Part shown: positions 20,651 through 30,950 of the stretch, in pieces
How the letters are laid out: each line of letters starts with the position of its first letter
Position numbering within the stretch: position 1 is the first letter of the stretch
Assembly (NCBI GenBank): GCA_038087875.1
Contig: JAXLNO010000122.1
Coordinates: forward strand, 1-32,497
Origin: Malacoraja senta
Taxonomy: Eukaryota
Reading direction: 5' to 3'
Length of the DNA: 32,497 nt
Position numbers and translations under genes: made by a program
The notes under the pieces: generated by a model
Told to the model about the DNA's origin: nothing
Seen by the model: the letters and a program-made list of their open reading frames with translations, nothing else
The model's database searches: none

Positions 20651-22693
20651 TAACCATATAACCATATAACCATAACAGCACGGAAACAGGCCACCTCGGC
20701 CCTTCAAGTCCGTGCCGAACATTTAACATTTTTTAAATTTTTTTTAAAAATTAAAATAAATACTTCCCCCTAGTCCCATCTACCTGCACTCAGACCATAA
20801 CCCTCCATTCCTTTCCCGTCCATATACCCATCCAATCTATTTTTAAAGGATAACATCGAACCTGCCTCCACCACTTCCACTGGAAGCTCATTCCACACAG
20901 CTACCACTCTCTGAGTAAAGAAGTTCCCCCTAAACTTCTGTCCCTTAATTCTCAAGTCATGTCCCCTTGTTTGAATCTTCCCTACTCTCAATGGGAAAAG
21001 CTTATCCACGTCCACTCTGTCTAACCCGCTCATAATTTTAAAGACCTCTATCAAGTCCCCTCTTAACCTTCTGCACTCCAAAGAATAAAGACCTAACTTG
21101 TTCAACCTTTCTCTGTACCTTAGTTGCTGAAACCCAGGCAACATTTTAGTAAATCTCCTCTGTACTCTCTCTATTTTGTTGACATCCTTCCTATAATTAG
21201 GCGACCAAAATTGTACTCCATACTCCAGAATTGGCCTCACCAATGCCATGTACAAATTTAACATTACATCCCAACTTCTATATTCAATGCTCTGATTTAT
21301 AAAGGCCAGCACACCAAAAGCTTTCTTTACCACCCTATCTACATGAAATTCCACCTTCAGGGAACTATGCACAGTTATTCCTAGATCCCTCTGTTCAACT
21401 GCATTCCTCAATTCGCTACCATTTACCGTGTACGTCCTATTTTGATTTGCCCTGCCGAGATGTAGCACCTCACATTTGTCAGCATTAAACTCCATCTGCC
21501 ATCTTTCAGCCCACTCTTCCAAATGGCCTAAATCTCTCTGTAGACTTTGAAAATCTACTTCATTATCCACAACACCACCTATCTTAGTTTCATCTGCATA
21601 CTGACTAATCCAATTTTCCACCCCTTCATCCAGATCATTGATGTACATGACAAACAACAGTGGACCCAACACAGACCCCTGAGGCACCCCACTAGTCACC
21701 GGCCTCCAACCTGACAAACAGCCATCCACCATTACTCTCTGGCATCTCCCATTCAGCCACTGTTGAATCCATCTTGCTACTCCACCATTAATACCCAACA
21801 ATTGAATCTTCTTAACCAACCTTCCATGAGGAACCTTGTCAAAGGCCTTACTGAAGTCCATATAGACAACATCCACTGCTTTACCCTCATCAATTTCCCT
21901 AGTAATCTCTTCGAAAAATTCAAGAAGATTAGTCAAGCATGACCTTCCAGGCACAAATCCATGTTGACTGTTCCTAATTAGACCCTGCTTATCCAGATGC
22001 TTATATATATTATCTTTAAGTATCCTTTCCATTAATTTGCCCACCACTGACGTCAAACTAACAGGTCTATAATTGCTAGGTTTACTCTTCGAACCCTTTT
22101 TAAACAACGGAACAACATGCGCAGTACGCCAATCCTCCGGCACTATTCCCGTTTCTAATGACATTTGAAATATTTCTGTCATAGCCCCTGCTATTTCTAC
22201 ACTAACTTCCCTCAATGTCCTAGGGAATATCCTGTCAGGACCTGGAGACTTATCCGTTTTCATATTTTTCAAAAGTGTCCGCACCTCCTCTTCTTTGAAT
22301 CTCACAGTTTCCATTGCTACTCTGCTCGTTTCCCTTACCTCACATAATTCCATATCCTTCTCCTTCGTGAATACCGAAGAAAAGAAATTGTTCAATATCT
22401 CCCCCATCTCTTTTGGCTCTGCAGATAGCTGTCCACTCTGACTCTCTAATGGACCGATTTTATTCCTTGTTATCCTTTTGCTATTAATATAGCTGTAGAA
22501 ACCCTTTGGATTTACTTTCACCTTACTTGCCAAAGCAACCTCATATCTTCTTTTAGCTTTTCTAATTTCTTTCTTAATATTCTTTTTACATTCTTTATAC
22601 TCCTCAAGCACCTCATTTACTCCATGCTGCCTATAATTATTGTAGATCTCTCTCTTTTTCCGAACCAAGTGTCCAATTTCCCTTGAAAACCAT
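20651..22693 (-). mobile_element. CR1 LINE ORF2, 5'-truncated, open for ~640 codons (RT domain)
   Basis: ORF 20770-22693 with all RT motifs but YADE in place of YADD. (AACCATAT)n tail. Very similar to 5765-7619. Confidence 0.95.
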
Positions 22694-22929
22694 GGGACCA
22701 GTGTAGCTGGGACATGTTGGTGGGTGTGGGCGAGTTGGGCCGAAGCGTCTGTTTCCACATTGTATCACTCTATGATTCTAATTCATCCAGCACTCATAGT
22801 TCACAAGCGGAAATAACGAATCATTTGGTAAGCTGCATCTAATCAAACGTAGCCGACATGGTTTAATGAAAATCATGTGTGACAAAACTTGACAGGATGT
22901 GATAGGGAGTTGATAAGGGAAACCTGTAA

Positions 22930-23098
22930 ATGTAGGAGGAATGAACTGCAAATGCTGGTTTAAACCAAAGATAGACACAATAAGCTGGAGTAACTTAGAG
23001 GCTCAGATAGCATCTCTGGAGAAAAGGACTTTTCTATTTGTTTTCTCCAGAGATGCTGTCTGACCCGCTGAGTTTCTGCAGCTTTCTGTGTCTATCTC
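22930..23098. mobile_element. Penelope-derived palindromic short element
   Basis: GATAGACACA...GCATCTCTGGAGAAAA / TTTTCTCCAGAGATGC...TGTGTCTATC. Confidence 0.6.
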
Positions 23099-23209
23099 CT
23101 GTAAATGTAATGTGTATTTATATCTCCAAAAGGCATTTGCCACATATGAGGGCAAATGAGCTAACATGGACTGAAAGGTGGCAGTCATATAGAAAAACAA
23201 GTTAGAATA

Positions 23210-24020
23210 AATGCGTGAAAACTGCAGATGGAATAAATGTGAAAAACTAAATGCTGGGAGCACTCGGGTCAGGCTGCATCTGTAGCCAGAGAAACAGAAT
23301 TCATCTTTCAAGTCAAAGACCCTTCGTCAGAACTGGGAAGGTGACAAAAGAAACTTGTAAAGCTGCACAGGTGGGTGGGCGGCTCTGATAGTGTAAAACC
23401 GGGTGACCATGGGGATAAGCTGCACACAAAGTTATCTGGTCAAGGAGTGAATAGGAGCGGTAAGGTGATAAGACAAATAGACAAAAGATCGTAGCAGTTG
23501 CAAAATGCAGAGCAAGAAGACATGTCTAGGAAGGAGCGGCAGATGCTGTTTAAACCGAAGATAGACAACGGGACAGGCTGCATCTCTGGAGAGAAGGAAT
23601 GGGTGACGTTTCTGGTGGAAACGCTGTTCAGACAAGACATGTCTGGCAGGTCAGCATGGACATGCCCTCCACGTTTGGATAGAGATTTTAAAAACAAGCC
23701 AACCCAATTATCACAAATGGACAACTGATACTAACAGTGGAATCAAGTTACCCAAGATTATTGAATTCAGTTCAAGCCCAGAGGACTGCCATGAGCACAA
23801 ATGGAAGGTGAGATGCCATTCCTCAAGATTGCTTTGAGCCTCATTGCAACAGTGCAGGAAGTCACAGACTGTTCAGTCACTCCCACATCCAAGAGTCAGA
23901 ATGGGATAACATGAACGTCAGGAGTGCCCCATGGATCCAACACAGGTGCTCCGCAAAGTGGAAACCCAACGCCTGTTTTGTTTCTCCAATGTTGAGGACA
24001 CCACGTCGACAACACAGGGA
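23210..24020 (-). mobile_element. Penelope-like element remnant (GIY-YIG domain plus UTR)
   Basis: CCRRGVLNIGETKQALGFHFAEHL resembles C..CG.LYIGET.R.L..RF.EH. Degenerate hammerhead motifs at ~23300-23333 and 23601-23633. Confidence 0.7.
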
Positions 24021-24241
24021 AAGGAGCAGAGGGGGAAAAGGAGAGACAGTGAGAGAAAGGGAAGAACACGGTAGAGAGGGTGGGAGAGAGTGGGAGTTGA
24101 GTGTTAAAGAAGGAGAGGGAAGAGGGCAAGATACTTTCCACACTTTCCTCTTCACCTCAATCTCTTTCATCATCTCCAAGGCAAGTTTTGCTAAGTTTTG
24201 GCCTTTTACAGTTAAATAAAAAACTATTTGGGAAAACTTAC

Positions 24242-24397
24242 ATCAGTCATATTTTAATTCTGTTTTCCAGAGCTTGCATGCTGGAGTCCATGTCCTTCTC
24301 TGCCGCACGTGCAGCCTGCAGCTCCAGCCGTGTCTGGCTGAGCTGCTCCTCCAGCAGCACCAGTGCAGTCAGTAGCTGCTTCTGTTCATCTGTCAAC
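24242..24397 (-). CDS. SUN2: SUN-domain gene exon (156 bp as written; frameshifted; coiled coil)
   Basis: tatag|(R)LTDEQKQLLTALVLLEEQLSQTRLELQAARAAEKDMDSSMQALENRIK, then TGA. One extra A would give NMTD|gtaagt in phase 0. Confidence 0.85.
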
Positions 24398-24402
24398 CTA
24401 TA

Positions 24403-24642
24403 TTAATAATAATCAATATAATTTTATTAGCCAAGTATGTATACATACAAGAACTTGCCTTGATGCTTTGCTTGCAAGGATAAAAACATGATATACAGTA
24501 GACAATTAAAAATAAAACATTATAATTTAAACATGTGGAAATAAAGTACCAGATTAAAAAAGGCTACAGACTTTTGGCTGTTGAGTCCAGCTACTGCTTG
24601 TGGAAAAATACTGTTTTTATGTCTGTCTGTGGCCCAGACAAA
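24403..24642 (-). mobile_element. Rex1/Babar-like LINE 3' fragment inserted at a splice acceptor
   Basis: ATDRHKNSIFPQAVAGLN C-terminal motif, AATAAA plus (TAT) tail, and imperfect TSD ATCTGTC(AAC)CTATA at 24388-24402 and 24643-24654. Confidence 0.7.
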
Positions 24643-24689
24643 ATCTGTCCTATACAGGACAAAGCAAGTCATCAGAGTGCAGGAGCAGA

Positions 24690-24838
24690 GGCAGCACGGT
24701 GGTGCAGCAGTAGAGCTACGGCCTTACAGCACCAGAGACACGGGTTCAATCCTGACTACTGGTGTAAGAGTGATCGTTGGTCTGCACGGACTCGGTGGGC
24801 CGAAGGGCCTGTTTCCACGCTGTACATCTAAACTAAAA
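24690..24838 (+). mobile_element. tRNA-derived SINE, internally deleted
   Basis: Head with B-box GGTTCAATCC fused to the CTAAACTAAA tail. Confidence 0.8.
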
Positions 24839-24951
24839 GTGATGTTGACATAAAAGCGACGTTGACGTTCACGCAGCAACCGACGAAGCCCCCCCCCCCC
24901 CACCACCAAGGGTGTGCTGCTACTCCACTCCGGGCTGGAAACACTCTGTAC

Positions 24952-24995
24952 CTTTCCACAGCAGATTCCATTTCCTTCACCTTCTGCAACAACAT
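24952..24995 (-). CDS. SUN2: SUN-domain gene exon (44 bp)
   Basis: ttctattcctag|MLLQKVKEMESAVE(R)|gtacag; phase 0-2, which exactly bridges the neighbouring exons. Confidence 0.8.
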
Positions 24996-25467
24996 CTAGG
25001 AATAGAAATTTAAACAAAGTTTATTTCAAGTGCGGAGGCTTTTTAATCCTACTTGCAGCTACTTATTTCACAACATACACGTCAAATTTACAAATATGTA
25101 ATGCAGAAAAGTCACTTTTCCACACTTCATATTTCCTTATGACATAGGCCATTTCAGCCCATCAAATCAATGCCAGCTCTCAGAGAATCCCAGTCCTTCA
25201 CGAAGTTTCCTTGAAAATAGTTCCTCACAAATTCCCATTAATTGTCCGCAGAATCCACCATTCAATTGAAAGCAAACTTCACTGAACTGTAGCAGCTTAA
25301 CACCCAGAGGATGGGAAATGCAGGGGATTCTCTGCCCAAGTGGCTACAGAGACCAGTCCTTGAGACCAGTTCAACTGTGAGGTGACTGGCCTTGATATTA
25401 CAGAATTGAGAGTATGGTGTAAAATGATGCCGAGATAAATGGTCTGACTGAGAGGTAGAGCAGCTGA

Positions 25468-25770
25468 GGGGCAGCACGGTGGTGCAGCGGTAGAGTTGCT
25501 GCCTCACAGCACCAGAGGCCCAGGTTTGATCCCGACTACGGGTACTACCTGTACGGAGTTTGTACGTTCTCCCCGTGACCTGCATGGCTTTTCTGCAGGT
25601 GCTCCGGCTTCCACCCACACTCCAAAGACATACAGGTTTGCAGGCTAAATAGCTTAGTAAAATTGTACATTGTCCCTAGTGTGTGCAGGATAGTGGTAGT
25701 GTGTGTGGATCGCTGGTCAGCGCAGACATTCCACGCTGTATCTCTAAAACAAAACAAAAAAAGACTAAAA
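25468..25770 (+). mobile_element. tRNA-derived SINE, near full length
   Basis: GGGGCAGCACGGTGGTGCAGCGGTAGAG head, B-box-like GGTTTGATCCC and A-rich tail. Confidence 0.88.
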
Positions 25771-25811
25771 GCAGCCATTTCAGGCAGAATGTGAAGGAAA
25801 GCTTGCCATGC

Positions 25812-26095
25812 TAGGACCAGAGGCCTTAGCCTCAGAATAAAAGGACGTTCCTTTGGGAAGGAGATGAGGAGGAATTTCTTTAATCAGAGGGTGGTGAATC
25901 TGTGGAATTCACTGCCACAGTAGGCTGTGCATCTTTTTAAGGAAGAGATAGATTATTGATTAGTATGGGTGTCAGGGGTTATGAGGAGAAGGCAGGGGAA
26001 TGGGGTTGAGGGTAAGATAGGTCAGCCATGATTGAATGGCGCAGTAGACTTGATGAGCCGAATGGCCTCATTCAGCTCCTATCACTTATGAACCA
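25812..26095 (+). mobile_element. CR1 3' fragment
   Basis: RTRGLSLRIKG...QRVVNLWNSLPQ plus 3' UTR. Confidence 0.8.
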
Positions 26096-26160
26096 TGACT
26101 CTCTGTGCCCTCTCTACCCCTTCTCCCACACCAGCAGCAGCTCTCTCTCCCCGCACCCAC

Positions 26161-26238
26161 CTTGGTATTGCAACCAACTTCCCGTAACGCCGGCTCCGTC
26201 CGCTCCTCATGCATCTGCTGGATGGCGGGGATGTCAGC
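26161..26238 (-). CDS. SUN2: SUN-domain gene exon (78 bp)
   Basis: tgtttgcttccag|ADIPAIQQMHEERTEPALREVGCNTK|gtgggt; phase 0-0. Confidence 0.75.
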
Positions 26239-26538
26239 CTGGAAGCAAACACACACAGCGTTACACTCACCAGGGGCACGCACCCACCCCTCCACCTCTG
26301 TCCAACACAGAGCCAGAGCCTTTGTAGAGAGAGAATACCAAATGTGTACAGATCCGTAGGCTAATTGGCCGCGGTAAATTGCCTCTTCCATGTCAGCAAG
26401 TGGAGAATCTGGGGGGGAGGGCGGATTGAAGACAATATGGAAAGAATAAAGTTCAGTTTAGTTTAGTTTATTGTCACGTGTACAGTGAAAAGCTTCTGTG
26501 GCATGTTATCCAGTCAGCAGAAAGACAATCCATGATTA

Positions 26539-26924
26539 GTAGGCCCCCTTCGGCCATGACTGACCATGGGTGATGCATCCTAGTTTGCAGGTGATGTGTG
26601 GTCGGATGCAAGCCTGGGCGATGTCATATGGAGGACAGGCTGTTGCCCATGCAGCACGTCCCCCCTCTCCACGTCACTGATCCATCCAAAGGAACAGCAG
26701 GGTCGTTACAGTTTGGCACCAGCTCCGTCGCAGGAGCTGCCAGAGCGAGGTTGTAGACAACAAAGAACTGCCTTAGGGGCTCCAACTCCGGAGCCTTTTG
26801 AGGTTTACTCCAGGAGCCTTTTGCATGACTGGATATGGCCACAAGGCAGTGGAGGTTTTAAATCAGAGTTTTCCCTCTCCTAGATGGACTGCCTTCCCAG
26901 GCTGACGAGCCCCATCTGCCCGCG
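26539..26924 (-). mobile_element. Non-autonomous retroelement (RTE-like 5' UTR signature), nested in another LINE tail (26452-27100)
   Basis: Flanked by a CATGATTA duplication (26531-26538 / 26929-26936). 5' motif CCATCTAGGAGAGGGAAAACTCTG. The family call is from memory. Confidence 0.5.
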
Positions 26925-27331
26925 ATTACATGATTACAATCGGGGCATTTACAGTGTATAGATACATGATAAGAGAATAACGTTTAGTGCAAGGTAAAGA
27001 TAGTAAAGTCCGATTAAATATAGTCCAAGGTCACCAATGAGGTAGATCGTAGTTCAGGACTACTCTCTAGTTGTGGTAAAATTATTCAGTCGCCAGATAA
27101 CAAATGGATTAAATTAGTGCAAATGGGTGATCGATGGTCAGCGTGGACTCAGTGGGTCAAAGGACCAGTTTTCATGCCATCTCTCTCAATGACTACCAGG
27201 CAGGTTAAGCAACAGCTGGATTTCCTCCTGTGTCAATCACGGCTCTGCTCACCCCCCTACGGACAGACTCTACACATCACTGCCAGGCAGGAGTGGGGGA
27301 AGAGGCCAATCTGCCAGCACTTGACACTCAC

Positions 27332-27553
27332 CTGCACCCTCTCCAGCGACTCGAAGGGCAGCATGTTCCGAAGCTCCTCCAGTGTCTGAAGGGTTACCTT
27401 GCCCAGCAGCTTGATGACGTGGGCTGGTATCAGCGGGCGAGGGAGGCGTATGGTTTCAGACGGCTCACCGCCCCAGTCTAGCCAAGCCCGGAAGGCAGCG
27501 GTCAGCAGCTCCAGCTCCTTCTCCATTCTCTGCATTCGCACCTGCAGGCCACC
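27332..27553 (-). CDS. SUN2: SUN-domain gene exon (222 bp; coiled coil)
   Basis: ctctgttcctag|GGLQVRMQRMEKELELLTAAF...ESLERVQ|gtgagt; phase 0-0; resembles SUN2 RVHSLERRLEALAAEF...AARIQ. Confidence 0.8.
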
Positions 27554-27580
27554 CTAGGAACAGAGCAAGACGGTCAGCTT

Positions 27581-27888
27581 GGGCAGTATGGTGATGCAGT
27601 GGTAGAGATGCTGCCTTACAGCGCCAGAGACCCGAGTTTGATCCTGACTACAGATGCTGCCTGTATGAAGTTTGTACATTCTCCCCGTGACCTGCATGGG
27701 CTTTCTCCGAGATGTTTGGTTTCCTCCCACACTCCAATGATGTACTGGCTTGTAGATTAATTGGCTTAGTGTTAATGTAAAATTGTCCCTAGCGTGTGTG
27801 TGGGATGGTGTTAGTGTGCGGGGATCGCTGGTCGGTGTGGACCCGGTAGGCCAAAAGGCCTGTTCCTGCTCTGTATCTCTAAACTAAA
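27581..27888 (+). mobile_element. tRNA-derived SINE, full length
   Basis: Head, body and CTAAACTAAA tail. Confidence 0.88.
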
Positions 27889-27900
27889 GTCCAAATCAAC

Positions 27901-28001
27901 CTGACCCAGAATATAGCCATCGCCGCCCTTCAATGAGACTGTGCACCGCACATTTATTGTCAAGGCCAGGTTCCACAGCATGGAGGGGGGACACCTCCAA
28001 C
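27901..28001 (-). CDS. Possible post-transmembrane exon of the SUN gene (101 bp)
   Basis: ag|(G)WRCPPSMLWNLALTIN...ILGQ|gttgat has the required phase 1-0, but its splice signals are weak and the downstream intron is almost entirely SINE. Confidence 0.3.
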
Positions 28002-28613
28002 CTAATGCAGGCCAACTGCAGCCAAACTCTCCATCCTGCAACCCCATCTCAACCCCCAACTCTCCACCCCATTCACTCTGCCCCCAACCCACCCAGCAGC
28101 CCACCCCTTCTCCTCCACTTATCTCACATCTCTCCTCTATTTTCCCCTCAACTACTTACTCCCCAGGGTGGAAATGTCAAAGAGCTTTACGATAAGAGGG
28201 ATAAAGTTTAAAAGGTGATAGATTTTTTATACCAGGTGGATGCCTGGAACACACTCTGCCAGGAGAGGCGGTGGAGGCAGATACGATAGAGGCATTTGAG
28301 TCGTATGGAGATGCAGGGAATGGTGGGATATGGATCCTGTGCAGGCAAGCAAGATTAGTCATCTTTGCATTATGTTCCACATTGACATTGTGGGTTGAAA
28401 GGCTATTCCACTGCTGCTCCCTCTCATCTCTGCTCACCCATTCCCCCACTGGCCATGGGAAAGCTTTGATCAACATTTCTCCAATGACAGCCCGGTGCTC
28501 GAGTTCAAGTCATACCAGCAACAGAGGGAGGGAGAGGTCGGTAGGGTAGAGGAGGGGAGGGGGGGGTCGATGAGGGTGTGTGTGGTCCCTGGGGGTGTCT
28601 TGTCGCTGTCTTG

Positions 28614-29210
28614 TCTACAGCTCTGCCCTCATCGACCTTTCTGGTCCATCTCCAAAAAAATCAATCAGATTTGTGAGACACGACCTCCCACGTATAAAAC
28701 CATGCTGACTATCCCCAATCAGCCCTTGCCCATCCAAATGCCTGTATAACCTATCCCTCAGAATACTCTCCAGTAACTTTCCAGCTGCAGATGTTAAGCT
28801 CACCGGCCTATAGTTCCCAGCATTTTCCCTGCAGCCTTTCTTGAAAAGAGGCACAACATTTGCCACCCTCCAGTACCTCTCTTGTATTTAAGAACGACTC
28901 ATAAATTTCCCCTCTAGTTTCCCGCAATGTCCTCGGATATATCTGATCAGGTCCCGGAGATTTGTCTACCTTCAAACTCGACAGTACCTTCAATACTTCC
29001 TCGACGGTAACACTGACTGCTCTTAAGACACTTCCATTGACTGCTCCAAGTTCCTCCGTCCTACTGTCCTAGCGGAGCTGGTCCTTACCCTCAATAACTT
29101 TTCCTTTGACTCCTCCCATTTCCTCCAACTTATCCAAACCATATCAACCCATCCAAACAGCGTTAGCAAACTCATCGAGGAGATTGATCCCAGCCTCGAG
29201 GTGCCACCTG
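28614..29210 (-). mobile_element. CR1 internal fragment (duplicate of 32136-32497 region)
   Basis: KVDKSPGPDQIYPR, NYRPVSLTS and QHGFIRGRSCLTNL motifs. Confidence 0.85.
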
Positions 29211-29397
29211 CCCTCAGAACCTGTGCCAGTGCCCGAGGAATATACAGCCCTCCCTCCTGCATCATCACTCCCCTACTCATCACCCACACTCCCTTCCCAC
29301 ACCCACACTCACTGTACCAGCTACTGGGAACAATCTGGAGATTAGCATCTTTGCACGCGTTAGAACAGCGAGTTTATCAAATACAAGCACCCTGATA

Positions 29398-30015
29398 ATA
29401 GAATATAAAGACAGGGATGTAACGCTGCGGCTTTATAAGGCACTGGCCAGACCACATTTGGAGTATTGTGAGCGGTTTTGGGCTCCACATCTGAAGAAGG
29501 AAATGCTGGTATTAGAGAGGGTCCAGAGGAGGTTTACGAGAATGATCCCAGGAATGAGTGGGTTGACGTGTGATGAGCATTTGTAGGCACTGGGCCTGTA
29601 CTCACTGGACCTGTACTCGCTGTAGGATGAGAAGGGACTTCATTGAAACCTGCCAAATAATGAAAGGCCTGGATAGAGTGGATGTGGAGAGGATGTTTCC
29701 ACTAGTGGGAGAGTTTAGGACCAGAGGCCATAGAACAAAACCACGCACCTTTAGAAAGGAGACAAGGTGGAATTTCTTTAGTTAGGGAGTGATGAATTTG
29801 TGAAATTCATTGCCACAGACGGCTGAGGAGGCCAAGACAATGGGTATGTTTAAGGTGGAGATTGATAAGATTCTTGATTAGTACGGGTGTCGGAGGTTAT
29901 GGGGAACAGGCAGGAAAATGGGGTTGAGAGGGAAAGATAGATCAGCCATGATTGAATAGTGGAGTAGGCTTGATGGGCCAAATGGCCTAATTCTGCTCCT
30001 ATAATTTATGAACAA
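29398..30015 (+). mobile_element. CR1 3' fragment
   Basis: LYKALARPHLEYC..FWAPHLKK motif plus 3' UTR. Confidence 0.85.
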
Positions 30016-30316
30016 TATAACACAACCTCAATTCAGCTGCTTGGACCTCACTCTAATTCCAATAAGAACCTTGGGCTCGGGATACTCAGTTGACACTATA
30101 AATTCACCAGTGTTGTTCTGTCAAACAGACTGTTAAATACAGCCCTGGGCCCACCCCAATCCTTCCCTCCATCTTTAATCCTTTACTCTCAACATGACTG
30201 TTTCTCCTCATGCTTTGCCTCAAGTGCTCCAACCCTCAGTGAAGATTTTCTCTTCATATTGTCCTGCAGACATCAATGATCGATGAAGTGAGATGTGAAA
30301 TGGAGCAGGTCCTTAC

Positions 30317-30360
30317 CCAGTGATGCCAGCAGCACCCACTTCTTCACGTGAGGGACACAC
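30317..30360 (-). CDS. SUN2: SUN-domain gene exon (44 bp; shortened transmembrane-region exon)
   Basis: tttcccctccag|(x)CVPHVKKWVLLASL(G)|gtaagg; strong splice sites; phase 2-1; resembles SUN1 RCLRNICKFLVLL. Confidence 0.6.
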
Positions 30361-30416
30361 CTGGAGGGGAAACACACACAAGTCAGCCGGCTATTGAACC
30401 CAACCCTGTCTCAAGC

Positions 30417-30522
30417 GAGATGGATACAAAAAGCTGTCGTAACTCAGTGCGTCGGGCAGCATCTCTGGAGTCTGAAGAAGGGCGTTGTCCTGAAATGTCA
30501 CCCATTCCTTCTCTCCAAAGAC
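30417..30522. mobile_element. Penelope-derived short element
   Basis: GTAACTCAG...GCATCTCTGGAG-TCTGAAGAAGGG...GAAATGTCACCCATTCC. Confidence 0.6.
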
Positions 30523-30734
30523 GCCATGGACCCACGCTGCTGACAGACCGTCAGTCCACACACCCAAAGCTCAGAGCCACGGTGACACTGGTGCAAAGAT
30601 TAGTCAACCTAGGGTGCAGTATCACAGGGCTGTTCTATGGATGTATCTGGGGTAGAGTGTGGGCAGGCTATCTTGTAGTCCGTGGCTCGAAGGGCCGAAT
30701 GGCCTACCTCTGCACCTATTTTTCTATGTTTCTA

Positions 30735-30830
30735 GTGGGTTTATCTGGGGTAGTACAAGTGGGTTGGCCTGTGGTGGGTTTATCTGGGGTAGTACAAGTG
30801 GGTTGGCCTGTGGTGGGTTTATCTGGGGTA
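30735..30830 (+). repeat. 39-bp tandem repeat x2.5
   Basis: GTGGGTTTATCTGGGGTAGTACAAGTGGGTTGGCCTGTG at 30735 and 30774, partial at 30813. Confidence 0.9.
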
Positions 30831-30950
30831 CAATAAATGGGTTCTCATTTTTAAGTTTAGTTTAAAGACACAGCACAGAAACAGGCCCTTCGGCCCACCG
30901 AGTCCGTACCGCCCAACGATTCCTGCCCACTAACACTACCCTACAGACTA

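Larger units (their letters stand above)
4868..30360 (-). pseudogene. SUN2: SUN-domain inner nuclear membrane protein gene, SUN2/SUN1-like, with disabling lesions as assembled (5' exons not identified)
   Basis: Eleven GT-AG exons encode TM region, coiled coil and SUN domain in the expected order. Phases are consistent except for the doubtful exon between 30317 and 27553 and two 1-bp frameshifts (~24252, ~4896). The symbol indicates the closest architecture, not proven orthology. Confidence 0.65.

Noticed and set aside
22694..22758. N-terminus of the 662-aa ORF as a genuine start
   Set aside because: The first ~22 codons come from the antisense of a different CR1 3' UTR. The element is 5'-truncated and lacks its endonuclease.
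25468..25545. tRNA gene
   Set aside because: The A/B-box head continues into a repeated SINE body and tail, and there is no complete cloverleaf.
28436..30263. Alternative candidates for the post-TM SUN exon (~28436-28515, ~29312-29391, ~30200-30263)
   Set aside because: Each lacks a proper AG or has in-frame stops in the required phase.
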